Shown one piece after another: positions 45,015 through 53,937 of a DNA stretch of 64,000 bases (position 1 is the first letter of the stretch; the number at the start of each line of letters is the position of its first letter). Origin of the DNA: Gemmatimonadota bacterium (lineage in GTDB: Bacteria > Gemmatimonadota > Gemmatimonadetes > Palauibacterales > Palauibacteraceae); assembly GCA_046757885.1 (NCBI GenBank), contig JBHHZD010000009.1:1779-65778 (forward strand), written 5' to 3'. The position numbers and the translations under genes were made by a program. Under the pieces are notes generated by a model, which saw only the letters and a program-made list of their open reading frames with translations, was not told the DNA's origin and ran no database searches.

Positions 45015-46964
45015 GTGGGAGAGAAGGCGGTCAGCCGGGACGCCGACGCCGAGCGTCTGCGTGTCTTCACCCAGTACCTCCTGCGCGACGTCCGTGCGCT
45101 CGAGCGGCTCCTGGAGAGCGACCTCATCGAATCCGGGGTCCGGCGCATCGGATGCGAGCAGGAGCTGTTCCTGGTCGACTCCGCCTGGCGGCCCGCCCCC
45201 ATGGCCGTCGAGCTCCTGCAGCGACTCGAGGATCCGAGGGTCACGAGCGAGATCGGTCGCTTCAACCTGGAGTGCAACCTTCCGCCTCTCGTCTTCGGGG
45301 GCGACTGCCTGCGCCGTTTCGAGGTGAGCCTGAACGAGCTCCTTGACGACCTGCGCTCCGCGGCGGATCCGCTCGGCGTGAGGATCGTCCTCACCGGGAT
45401 CCTGCCGACCCTGCGGAAGTCAGATCTCACGCTGGACAACATGGTCCCGGAGGAGCGGTATTTCGCCCTGAACGAGGCACTCACGCGCCTGCGGGGGGAA
45501 CACTACGACCTCCGGATCAAGGGCACCGACGATTTGAACATCACGCACGAGTCGGTCATGCTCGAGGCGTGCAACGCGAGCTTCCAGGTCCACTTCCAGG
45601 TCTCGCCCGCGGAGTTCGCCCGGTTCTACAACATCGCGCTCGCCGCGACGGCGCCCGTGCTCGCGGCGGGCGTGAACTCGCCCCTGCTCCTCGGACGCCG
45701 GCTGTGGCACGAGACGCGGATCGCCGTGTTCCAGCAGTCCGTGGACACGCGGAGCTCGATGCCGGAGGCGCGGGACATCAGTCCGCGGGTGAGCTTCGGC
45801 CGCTCCTGGGTGGACTCGTCCGTCCTCGAGATCTTCCGCGAGGACATCGCGAGGTTCAAGGTGCTTCTCGGAAGCGAGATCGAGGAAGACCCGTTCGAGG
45901 CCCTGGAAGCCGGACGGGCGCCCAAGCTCCGCGCTCTCCAGCTTCACAACAGCACCGTCTACCGCTGGAACCGGGCCTGCTACGGAGTGGCGGACGGCGT
46001 CGGGCACCTGCGCATCGAGAATCGCGTCCTTCCGTCCGGACCCACTCCGGTCGACGAGATCGCGAACGCGGCTTTCTGGTTCGGTCTCGTGAGCGGCCTG
46101 GCGGAGGAGCACGAGGACATCCGCACGGCGATCGAGTTCGACGACGTGCGGACGAACTTCGTCGCCGCCGCCCGGCTCGGGCTCGATGCCCATCTCGCGT
46201 GGCTCGGAGGGGAGACGCGAACGGCGGCCGACCTCATCCGCGAGCGGCTCCTGCCCCGCGCGCCCCCCCCCCGCGGCGCGCGGCCCCCCCCCCCCCCGCG
46301 ACGCGGGCTGGAGGCCGGAGGCATCGACAGATCGGACGTGGACCGCTACCTGGGCGTGATCGAGGACCGAGTGCGGTCGCGGCAGACGGGCGCCCGGTGG
46401 CTTCTGGGATCCCTCGCCGCCATGAAGGACGCCGGGAGTCTGGAGGAGCGCCTGGGGGCCGTGACGGCCGCCACGGTGGCAAGGCAGGCGACGGGTGAGC
46501 CGGCGCACACGTGGGCCCTGGCGGAGCACGCGGAGGCCGGCTGCTGGAAGCCCGCCTACGTCACCGTGGGACAGTACATGACGACCGATCTCCTCACCGT
46601 GAACGAGGACGAGCCCATCGATCTCGTGGCGAACCTGATGGACTGGCATCGGATCCACCACGTGCCGGTGGAGGACAACAAGCACCGCCTCGTAGGCCTC
46701 GTCTCCCATCGCCCGCTGCTGCGCTTCCTCGCGAGCGACGAATGCCGGCGGGCCGAGGCCCCGATACCGGTCAGCGACGTGATGCAGAGGGAGCTCGTCA
46801 CGGCCGAGCCGGATACGGGCACCCTGGAGGCCATCGAGACGATGCGCTCTCACCGCATCTCGTGTCTCCCGGTCGTGCGGGATGGCCACCTCATCGGCAT
46901 GGTCACGGAGCACGATTTCATGCGGATCGCGGGCCAGCTTCTCGAGGAGATGCTGCGGGAGTGA
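45015..46964 (+). CDS. Glutamate-cysteine-ligase family 2 (carboxylate-amine ligase) fused to a CBS-domain pair
   Basis: GTG at 45015. N-terminal RIGCEQELFLVD and downstream GCS2-like core. C-terminal tandem CBS (VGQYMTTDLLTV...HHVPVED; VSDVMQRELVTA...SCLPVVRDGHLIGMVTEHD). A Pro-rich insert is encoded by the poly-C tracts. Confidence 0.85.
   Translation: MGEKAVSRDADAERLRVFTQYLLRDVRALERLLESDLIESGVRRIGCEQELFLVDSAWRPAPMAVELLQRLEDPRVTSEIGRFNLECNLPPLVFGGDCLRRFEVSLNELLDDLRSAADPLGVRIVLTGILPTLRKSDLTLDNMVPEERYFALNEALTRLRGEHYDLRIKGTDDLNITHESVMLEACNASFQVHFQVSPAEFARFYNIALAATAPVLAAGVNSPLLLGRRLWHETRIAVFQQSVDTRSSMPEARDISPRVSFGRSWVDSSVLEIFREDIARFKVLLGSEIEEDPFEALEAGRAPKLRALQLHNSTVYRWNRACYGVADGVGHLRIENRVLPSGPTPVDEIANAAFWFGLVSGLAEEHEDIRTAIEFDDVRTNFVAAARLGLDAHLAWLGGETRTAADLIRERLLPRAPPPRGARPPPPPRRGLEAGGIDRSDVDRYLGVIEDRVRSRQTGARWLLGSLAAMKDAGSLEERLGAVTAATVARQATGEPAHTWALAEHAEAGCWKPAYVTVGQYMTTDLLTVNEDEPIDLVANLMDWHRIHHVPVEDNKHRLVGLVSHRPLLRFLASDECRRAEAPIPVSDVMQRELVTAEPDTGTLEAIETMRSHRISCLPVVRDGHLIGMVTEHDFMRIAGQLLEEMLRE
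46263..46297 (+). repeat. Two homopolymeric C tracts (C10 at 46263-46272, C14 at 46284-46297) inside the GCS2-CBS CDS
   Basis: Counted directly: GCG C10 GCGGCGCGCGG C14 GCGACG, translated as APPPRGARPPPPPR. Confidence 0.9.
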
Positions 46965-48268
46965 GGGAGAGCGCTCGAAGAGAGGAAGGCGAGCCCGACG
47001 CGAAGGATGCCCAGCCGTTCCCGCGGGTCCTGGGGCGTCTGGGCAGGAGGGGAGACGCCCCGCTCGTCCTCTGCGTGGCGGGCCTGCACGGCAACGAGCC
47101 CGCCGGCGTCCTCGCCCTCCAACGCGTCTTCTCCACGCTGCGGGACGGCGATCGGGACCTCCGGGGGCGCCTCGTGGGGCTTGCCGGCAACTTGACCGCG
47201 CTGCGCCAGGGACGGCGCTACGTGGACCGGGACCTGAACCGCTGCTGGGGGCCCGATCGGATGCGCCGGCTGCGGGAGACACCGGAGCCGACGGGTCGCG
47301 TGCCCGTCGAGGACCGCGAACAGAGAGAGCTGCTCCGCGAGCTCGAGGCGGAGCTCGCCGACGCCGATCCGGCCCGCAGCTTCGTCCTCGACCTCCACAC
47401 GACCTCGGCTCCCAGCCCGCCGTTCCTGACGCTCGGCGATACCCTCCGCAACCGGGCATTCGCGGAGAGAATCCCCCTCCCCCTCGTCCTCGGCATCGAG
47501 GAGCGCATCGACGGCTCCCTGCTCGAGTACATCAACGGACACGGACCCGTCACGCTCGGGATCGAGGCCGGGCAACACGAGGATCCGGCGGCGGTTCGTC
47601 ATCACGAGTGGGCGTTGTGGCTCGCCCTCGTGGCGGCGGGTGCCCTCACCCGAGGGCAGGTTCCCGGCGAGCGCGACATGCGCCTCGCCCTCGCGCGGGC
47701 GGTCGGCGCGGTGCCCCCGGTGTTCGAGGTCCGATACCGCAAGGCCGTCGCCGATGGGGATGGGTTCGCGATGAGGCCCGGGTTCCGCAACTTCCAGCCG
47801 GTGCGGGCCGGTGAAGCTCTTGCCGCCGACGAGCGGGGCGTCGTCGCGGCGCCGGAGGAGGGACGCGTGTTCCTCCCGCTGTATCAGGATCAGGGGAGCG
47901 ACGGGTACTTCCTCGTCCGCGCCATCCGGCCGTTCTGGCTCCGGGTTTCCGCCATCTTGAGGCGGCTTCGGGCCGACGCCGTCGTCCACTGGCTGCCCGG
48001 CGTTCGGCGCTCCGACTCCGATCCGGGCACCCTCATCGTGGATCGCCGCGTGGCGCGCTGGCGCGTGGCCGACGTGTTCCACCTGCTCGGGTTCCGAAGG
48101 GTCCGCGAGGCAGGCCCCAGGGTCACGTTCAGCCGCCGCTCCCATCCCTCCGGCAGGCGGCCCGCAGGACCTCCCGCAGGGCCTCGAGATCCGACGGATC
48201 GTTGTACAGGTGGGGGGACACGCGAAGAGCGCTTCCGCGAAGCGCCACGTGGATCCGGCGCCGCGTGA
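46961..48268 (+). CDS. Succinylglutamate desuccinylase/aspartoacylase-family zinc deacylase
   Basis: GTG at 46961 overlaps the GCS2-CBS stop (GTGA). GLHGNEPAG zinc motif and DLHTTS. The last ~47 codons are Arg/Pro/Gly-rich and overlap the convergent aminotransferase gene by 140 nt. Confidence 0.8.
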   Translation: MRESARREEGEPDAKDAQPFPRVLGRLGRRGDAPLVLCVAGLHGNEPAGVLALQRVFSTLRDGDRDLRGRLVGLAGNLTALRQGRRYVDRDLNRCWGPDRMRRLRETPEPTGRVPVEDREQRELLRELEAELADADPARSFVLDLHTTSAPSPPFLTLGDTLRNRAFAERIPLPLVLGIEERIDGSLLEYINGHGPVTLGIEAGQHEDPAAVRHHEWALWLALVAAGALTRGQVPGERDMRLALARAVGAVPPVFEVRYRKAVADGDGFAMRPGFRNFQPVRAGEALAADERGVVAAPEEGRVFLPLYQDQGSDGYFLVRAIRPFWLRVSAILRRLRADAVVHWLPGVRRSDSDPGTLIVDRRVARWRVADVFHLLGFRRVREAGPRVTFSRRSHPSGRRPAGPPAGPRDPTDRCTGGGTREERFREAPRGSGAA

Positions 48269-49301
48269 GCTCCCGGTGCAGCCCATCGATGTCGATCCCG
48301 GCGGGGAGCCGGAGCCCCACGAGGTGGGCGGCCCTCCAGGCCGGATCCTCCACTTCGATGCCGAGATCCACGACCTCCCGGCAGAAGTCCGCGGTCAACG
48401 ATTCGCAGTAGGCCTCGATCGCGCCGGGGCTCCAGGTCAGGACCAGCTCGAGCGCGGCCCGGAGCATCGGCACGAGCGTGAAGTTCGCGCGCTCGCCCAC
48501 ATCGAATCGGTCCGCGCCCGGGCGCAGCTCGTCACGGTAGTCCGCCACGCGCCGAAAATCCTCGCTCCCCGGCCGCGAGATCCAGGTCTCCTCGAGCGGC
48601 CGCCCATCCACGAGGCGCTCGCCGAACCAGGCGACCCCGATGGAATATGGCCCGAGGAGCCACTTGTAGCCGACGCACACGAGCGCGTCGGGCGCGATCT
48701 CCCGGACGGAGAACGGCACGGCGCCCACGGACTGCGACCCGTCCACGACGAACAGGGCTCCGACCTCCCGGGCCCGGTCACCGACCGCGGCGAGGTCGAA
48801 GCGACTTCCGTCCGTCCAGTGGAAGGCGGGGACGGCGACGACGGCGGTCACCTCGTCGATCGCGGCGAGGATCTCAGCGTTCCAGGCCGCCGCCCGCCCG
48901 ACCCCGGACGGGGGTGGGGCCACGGCCCGAACCTCCGCCCCCCGCCGGCGGGCGAGCGACCGCCACGGATAGGCGTTGGAGGGAAACTGCTCCGCCGTGA
49001 GCACGAGGTTCTGTCCGGCGCTCACATCGACGTTCGCCGCGACCGTGCCGATCCCGTAGGAGGCGGCGGGGATGATCGCGACGGCGGCCGCCTCCGGGGT
49101 ATCCACGAGCCGGGCGAACGCCCGCCGCACGGCGTCCGGCTCCTCGAAGAAGTCGGGCGCCGTGATGCGCGAGGGATCCAGCTGCCGTTCGATGCCCGCC
49201 CGTCCCGCCTCGGCAACGACGCGGGGAAGAGGCGACATGTACGCGCAGTTCAGGTACCGGACCCCGGCCGGCAGATCGAACGCCGCGCGCCCATCGATCA
49301 C
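48129..49301 (-). CDS. Class-V (cysteine-desulfurase/epimerase-like) PLP aminotransferase
   Basis: GTG at 49301 overlaps the lnt stop (GTGA). YLNCAYMSPLP start. VCVGYKWLLGPYSIG contains the PLP-lysine context. Confidence 0.85.
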   Translation of the reverse strand: MIDGRAAFDLPAGVRYLNCAYMSPLPRVVAEAGRAGIERQLDPSRITAPDFFEEPDAVRRAFARLVDTPEAAAVAIIPAASYGIGTVAANVDVSAGQNLVLTAEQFPSNAYPWRSLARRRGAEVRAVAPPPSGVGRAAAWNAEILAAIDEVTAVVAVPAFHWTDGSRFDLAAVGDRAREVGALFVVDGSQSVGAVPFSVREIAPDALVCVGYKWLLGPYSIGVAWFGERLVDGRPLEETWISRPGSEDFRRVADYRDELRPGADRFDVGERANFTLVPMLRAALELVLTWSPGAIEAYCESLTADFCREVVDLGIEVEDPAWRAAHLVGLRLPAGIDIDGLHRELTRRRIHVALRGSALRVSPHLYNDPSDLEALREVLRAACRRDGSGG

Positions 49302-50947
49302 GCGCCTGTCGCTCCCGGGAACCCGTCATCCGGCCGACGCTGGCGGCGTCGCATCCGCGACCCCGCCAGGACGCCGACGAGCGAGGCGAGGGCGGCCGCC
49401 CACCCGACGACGTCTCCGAGCCGCGCGTAGGCCGTGAGTCCATCCGTGGTCAGGACCTGCGCGGTGAAGGCGTCCGGCTCGAACAGCGCCGTCCGCTCGG
49501 TCCACCGCCCGCGCGGATCCACGACGCCGGATATCCCCGTGTTCGCCGAGCGCGCGATGCCCACCCGGTTCTCGATCGCCCGCATCACGAGATGGGCGGG
49601 GTGCTGCGAGAGCGCGCTGCTCCGGCTCCACCAGGGCTCCGCGCGACCGAACCACGCGTCGTTCGTGATGTTCACGAGGAACTCGGCTCCGTCACGCCGG
49701 TGGGCCCGGGACTGCGCGGCGAAGATGGACTCGTAGCAGATGAGGACCCCGAACCGGTGCCCACCCGCCTCCAGCCGGGGGCGCTCCCGCCCGACGCCGA
49801 ATCCGCCGAAGTACTTCAGCTTCCGGAATCGGGCCGGATCCACGAACGGGACCCTCTCCACGATCGGCACGAGGTAGCGCTTGTCGTACCGGCCCGCGCG
49901 CGCCCCGGTGCCGTCCACCAGGAAGGCCGAGTTGAAGTACTCGTAGTCGCCGTCTCCGAGGTCACGGGACCCGATGGCGCCGTAGAGGACGGCGGCATCG
50001 AACCGACGGGCCAGGTCCGCGACCCAGCGCCTCAGGCCCTGGCGACCCGGCCAGTCCAGTGACGGGATGGAGTCGACGAACACGGGCAGGACGGTCTCCG
50101 GGAGCACGACGAGATCCGGACGGACCTCGCCGGCGGGGAGCGAGCGGACGAGCCGGCCGATCGCGACGACGGCGCTGTCGGCCGCGATCGTCGGCTTCAT
50201 CTTCAGGTCTTCCGGGATGTTCGGCTGAAAGACGGCGACCGTCGCGGCGGGCCGGGTTGCCAGCGTCCTCCAGCGAACGGCGGAGTACGCGATCGGCACG
50301 AGAAGCACGACGAGAGCCCCGGCCGCAAGCCGGCCCAGGGGGCGCGGGAGGGCCTGGCCCCCACCGTCCCACCGGCGCTCCCGCGACCGCAACACGAGGG
50401 CCGCCCCGAGACCGTTCAGGAGGACGAGCCAGAACGTGATCCCCCGCGCCCCGACGACGTCCGCGGCGCCGACGAGCCACGGGTACCCCGTGAGCGTGTC
50501 GCCGAAGCCCATCCACGGGAAGGCGACGTCCCCCAGATGACCGCGCAGCCACTCGGCGCCGGTCCAGAAGACGGGAAGCGCCAGCCACACGGGCCAGCGT
50601 CCCTTCTCCATGGCCTCATGCGCCCCCGCCGTCGCGAGGCCCAGGATGCCGGCCAGGATGAGCACGGGCGCCGCGAACGCGAGGATGGCGAGCTTCGTGT
50701 AGAAGACGAGGGCCACGAGCAGCCAGTAGAAGACGAGGCTGTAGTAGATGACACCCAGCAGAAAGCCGCCCCGCAGGGCGGCACGCCGCCCGCCGTCGCC
50801 GGCCGGCAGGCCCGCGAGCCAGATCCCGAACGGGATGAGGGCCGTGAACGACGGGAAGAGCAGATCGAACGGCGGGTGGGCGAGCCCCAGAAGCAGGGCG
50901 CTCACGAGGACAAGGCCCGGACGGGGCGGGAGTGCGGGGCGCCTCAC
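49298..50947 (-). CDS. lnt: Apolipoprotein N-acyltransferase
   Basis: GTG at 50947 overlaps the upstream stop (GTGA). N-terminal multi-TM region plus a C-terminal nitrilase-fold domain with VLPE, KRYLVP and the catalytic VLICYES. Confidence 0.9.
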   Translation of the reverse strand: MRRPALPPRPGLVLVSALLLGLAHPPFDLLFPSFTALIPFGIWLAGLPAGDGGRRAALRGGFLLGVIYYSLVFYWLLVALVFYTKLAILAFAAPVLILAGILGLATAGAHEAMEKGRWPVWLALPVFWTGAEWLRGHLGDVAFPWMGFGDTLTGYPWLVGAADVVGARGITFWLVLLNGLGAALVLRSRERRWDGGGQALPRPLGRLAAGALVVLLVPIAYSAVRWRTLATRPAATVAVFQPNIPEDLKMKPTIAADSAVVAIGRLVRSLPAGEVRPDLVVLPETVLPVFVDSIPSLDWPGRQGLRRWVADLARRFDAAVLYGAIGSRDLGDGDYEYFNSAFLVDGTGARAGRYDKRYLVPIVERVPFVDPARFRKLKYFGGFGVGRERPRLEAGGHRFGVLICYESIFAAQSRAHRRDGAEFLVNITNDAWFGRAEPWWSRSSALSQHPAHLVMRAIENRVGIARSANTGISGVVDPRGRWTERTALFEPDAFTAQVLTTDGLTAYARLGDVVGWAAALASLVGVLAGSRMRRRQRRPDDGFPGATGA

Positions 50948-51975
50948 ACCTCGACCTCGCGTCCCTCCTCCGCCGACCGGTAGCAGGCCTCCACGACCCG
51001 AAGCAGCTCGACCTGATCGGCCGGCAGGCACATCGGCTTTTCCCCGCGCACGAACCGCAGGAATTCGGCCCACTCCTGGCGGTACGAGTCCGTGTACAGG
51101 TCCGCGCCCGAGCGCTCGAGGGGCGGGGTCACGTCCGCGAGCCCTGTCTCCATCGTCGTCCGCACCCGGAACGGGGCCGAGCTCGCCGAGCCCTTCGTGC
51201 CGAGAACGGTGACGCCGTGCTGATCCCGATCGTCCAGCAGCTCCCAGGAGACCTCGACGCTCATCGTCGGCCCGCCTTCCACCGCGAACAGGGCGGCTGC
51301 CGTGTCGTCGACGTCGTCCGGTCGATGCAGCCGGCTGGCCACCCGGAGCACCCGCGGAAAGCCGAGCAGCCAGAGCGCCACGTCGATCGCCTGGGTGCCG
51401 AGATCCATGAGCACCCCACAGCCACCGCGGCCCGGGTCGCGGCGCCAGCCCGACCGCGGTCGGCGCGAGCTCCGGTTCAGCCAGGTGCTGCGCAGGAAGA
51501 ACACGTCCCCGAGCTCGCCACTGGCGATGAAGCGCCGGATCGTCCGCAGGTCGTAGCGAAACCGCTGGTTCATCGCCACCATGAGCTGGCGCTCCCGCCG
51601 GGCCGCCTCCGCGAGCATGCGCGCCGCGGAGGCGCTGGACGTCGCGAGGGGGCGCTCGCACAGGACGTGCGCCCCGAGCTCCAGGGCCGACAGGACGGCC
51701 GGCTCGTGGGCGTCGTTGGGCGAGCACACGAGGACGGCATCGAGGGCCTCCGCTTCGGGCAGCTCCCCGACCGACCCGGCGATGGCCGGGATCGAGAACC
51801 GTTCGGCGATCGTCTCGGCCTTCACCTGGTTCGTCTCCACGAGCCCCGTGACGGAGACTCCGGGGAGACGCATGAGGATGGGCAGATGCACGACCTGGGC
51901 GGCGCTGCCGGCGCCGACCACGGCCACGCGGAGTTCCCGCCGGGTCCTCCGGCCGCCCGGGCCTCCGTCCGCCAC
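50944..51975 (-). CDS. Gfo/Idh/MocA-family oxidoreductase
   Basis: GTG at 51975. LRVAVVGAGSAAQVVHLP Rossmann N-terminus and the EKP-equivalent CERPLA motif. Confidence 0.85.
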   Translation of the reverse strand: MADGGPGGRRTRRELRVAVVGAGSAAQVVHLPILMRLPGVSVTGLVETNQVKAETIAERFSIPAIAGSVGELPEAEALDAVLVCSPNDAHEPAVLSALELGAHVLCERPLATSSASAARMLAEAARRERQLMVAMNQRFRYDLRTIRRFIASGELGDVFFLRSTWLNRSSRRPRSGWRRDPGRGGCGVLMDLGTQAIDVALWLLGFPRVLRVASRLHRPDDVDDTAAALFAVEGGPTMSVEVSWELLDDRDQHGVTVLGTKGSASSAPFRVRTTMETGLADVTPPLERSGADLYTDSYRQEWAEFLRFVRGEKPMCLPADQVELLRVVEACYRSAEEGREVEV

Positions 51976-51979
51976 CGAG

Positions 51980-52645
51980 CTACCGGTCGCGGAAGTAGTA
52001 GGAAACTCCTCCGCCGATCGCGACGTTGCTCACGTCCGTCACGAGCGTGCCCCTCACGTCGCCGGACAGCCGCCAGTGGCCGTCGAGCGGCACCTCGAGC
52101 CCGGCCACCGCCGAGACGCCGGCCGTGACGACCGCGTCGTCCAGGAACGTGTTCTGGATCGCCTGCCCCGAGTCGTTCAGCACGTAGACGTCGGCCCCCA
52201 GCCCGATGTACGGCGCCACGACCGCGTTGGGCAGCGTCCACTGGAAATCCACGCCGCCGATGACGACGTCGCGCTCGATCGCCCCCAGGTCGATCGTTCC
52301 CCGCGCGAGTCCCGCCACATCCTCGAGGCGGGAGGCGAGGTTCGTGACCTCGCTCTGCTCCACGTCGGCGCTCCAGAAGGAGAAGCGCGGGACGACGCGG
52401 ATGTATGGGCCGAGGAAACCCAGGTCCACCCGACCGCCGAAGGCCGCCGTCCCGTCCACCTGCGAGGCGTCCACGAACGACACTGTCGCGCCGATCCCGC
52501 GGAAGCCGAGGTTCGCGTAGTCATACTGCTCGAGCCCCTGCGCCCGGAGGGGAGCGGCCGCGAGCCCCAGCGCGGCGCCCGCCATCCCCAGCATCCCGGC
52601 TCCCTTCGCACCTCCGCGCCCTCTCCTGCGCCCCCGTCCGATCAT
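51980..52645 (-). CDS. Small outer-membrane beta-barrel protein
   Basis: ATG at 52645 overlaps the spoIID stop (ATGA). Signal peptide ...GLAAAPLRAQG, alternating beta-strand pattern, C-terminal ...GGGVSYYFRDR. Confidence 0.7.
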   Translation of the reverse strand: MIGRGRRRGRGGAKGAGMLGMAGAALGLAAAPLRAQGLEQYDYANLGFRGIGATVSFVDASQVDGTAAFGGRVDLGFLGPYIRVVPRFSFWSADVEQSEVTNLASRLEDVAGLARGTIDLGAIERDVVIGGVDFQWTLPNAVVAPYIGLGADVYVLNDSGQAIQNTFLDDAVVTAGVSAVAGLEVPLDGHWRLSGDVRGTLVTDVSNVAIGGGVSYYFRDR

Positions 52646-53937
52646 TCTCCCCCCGGTCCGTATGCGTTCTCGATCGCCGCCCCCGCGTAATAGTGGCGGA
52701 GGATCTCCTCGGCCGACTGTCCGGCTCGCGCCCGGCCGATGGCGCCCCACTGGCACATCCCGGCGCCGTGCCCGTAGCCGCGGCCCTCGATCTCCACGCC
52801 ACCCCCCGGTCCCGGCCGGAACTCGAAGTCCGTCGAGTACAGGATCCGGCCCGCGCTGTCGGCCAGCGCGACCCGGATGTCCAGACGCGAGAGCACGTAC
52901 TCGCCGTCCGGTCCCTGAAAGGCCACCTCGGCCACCCGCCCCGACGGCGTGCGGCTCAGGACCCGCAGGCTGTCGATGCGTCCGATCTCGGCGGCATCGA
53001 CCCCGTAGTAGCGCGCGATCGCCTTTCGGACGCGCCCGTTCAGCTCGTCCGGACCGAGGCGTGCCGTCCAGCGATAACGCGGCGAAATCGCGCAATAGTC
53101 CGTCCCGTCCGGGCCCCGATCCGACACGGATCGAAGATACGGAGCGGCCGGTCGATCCAACACCTCGTCCACGCCCGCCGTGCGTCCGCCGCAGGTGGAA
53201 TGGTAGTAGGCCCGGATCGGACGACCCTCGTACACCAGGATCCGACCGGCCGTCCGGCGAACAGCCTCCCGCGCATCGGGCCGCTCGGCCAGCATGCCTC
53301 CGTAGGCCTGGTCCTCCACGGTCGCGTACAGGTCGAACCCCAGCTCCCGGCGCGCACCGAGGTTCGCGAACGCGTACGTGCGGGCCGCGATCGCCTGCGC
53401 CTCGACCGCCGCGAACTCCTCCTCCGTCCTGGGGCCGATCTCGATCGGCACGACCCCGAGGAGGTAGGCCTCCATGCGGACGACGTTGCGCACATCCAGC
53501 GTCTCCCCGCCCGCCGCCACGACCTCCGCCGAGCCCCGATACGGCCGCCCATCCAGAAACAGCGGGGCCCAGGCCTCCGCGGCCGTGATCTCGAGCGCGC
53601 CCCACCCGGCAACCCCGGGCTCCGGTGCGGACCAGCCCAGCCCGCCCGCGGCCGCGCCGAGGCGCAGGACGTCGTGCGGGGCGACGGCCAGGACCCGACG
53701 TCCATCGACCGGGTCCGTGATCCGGAGGCCGGCCGGGGACGAGACCGTCACGCTGTCCGCGCCCAGGATGAGGCCGATCCGGAGGGTCGGCTCCAGCGGC
53801 CCCGGCCCGCCGGGGCCCGCGGAGGGGGCCGCCGCTTGCCCCTCAGCCGGCAGGGGCACGGACGTGGACGGTCCGGGGCCGTGGCACGCGAGGCCCGCCA
53901 GCCCGAGCCACAGAGCGGAGCGAGGCGGGCGGATCAA
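52642..53937 (-). CDS. SpoIID/LytB-domain protein (peptidoglycan-remodelling amidase enhancer / lytic transglycosylase family)
   Basis: TTG at 53937 overlaps the rimO stop (TTGA). Lipobox/signal LGLAGLAC. EAQAIAARTYA, YHSTCGG and GHGAGMCQWGA motifs. Confidence 0.85.
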   Translation of the reverse strand: MIRPPRSALWLGLAGLACHGPGPSTSVPLPAEGQAAAPSAGPGGPGPLEPTLRIGLILGADSVTVSSPAGLRITDPVDGRRVLAVAPHDVLRLGAAAGGLGWSAPEPGVAGWGALEITAAEAWAPLFLDGRPYRGSAEVVAAGGETLDVRNVVRMEAYLLGVVPIEIGPRTEEEFAAVEAQAIAARTYAFANLGARRELGFDLYATVEDQAYGGMLAERPDAREAVRRTAGRILVYEGRPIRAYYHSTCGGRTAGVDEVLDRPAAPYLRSVSDRGPDGTDYCAISPRYRWTARLGPDELNGRVRKAIARYYGVDAAEIGRIDSLRVLSRTPSGRVAEVAFQGPDGEYVLSRLDIRVALADSAGRILYSTDFEFRPGPGGGVEIEGRGYGHGAGMCQWGAIGRARAGQSAEEILRHYYAGAAIENAYGPGGE

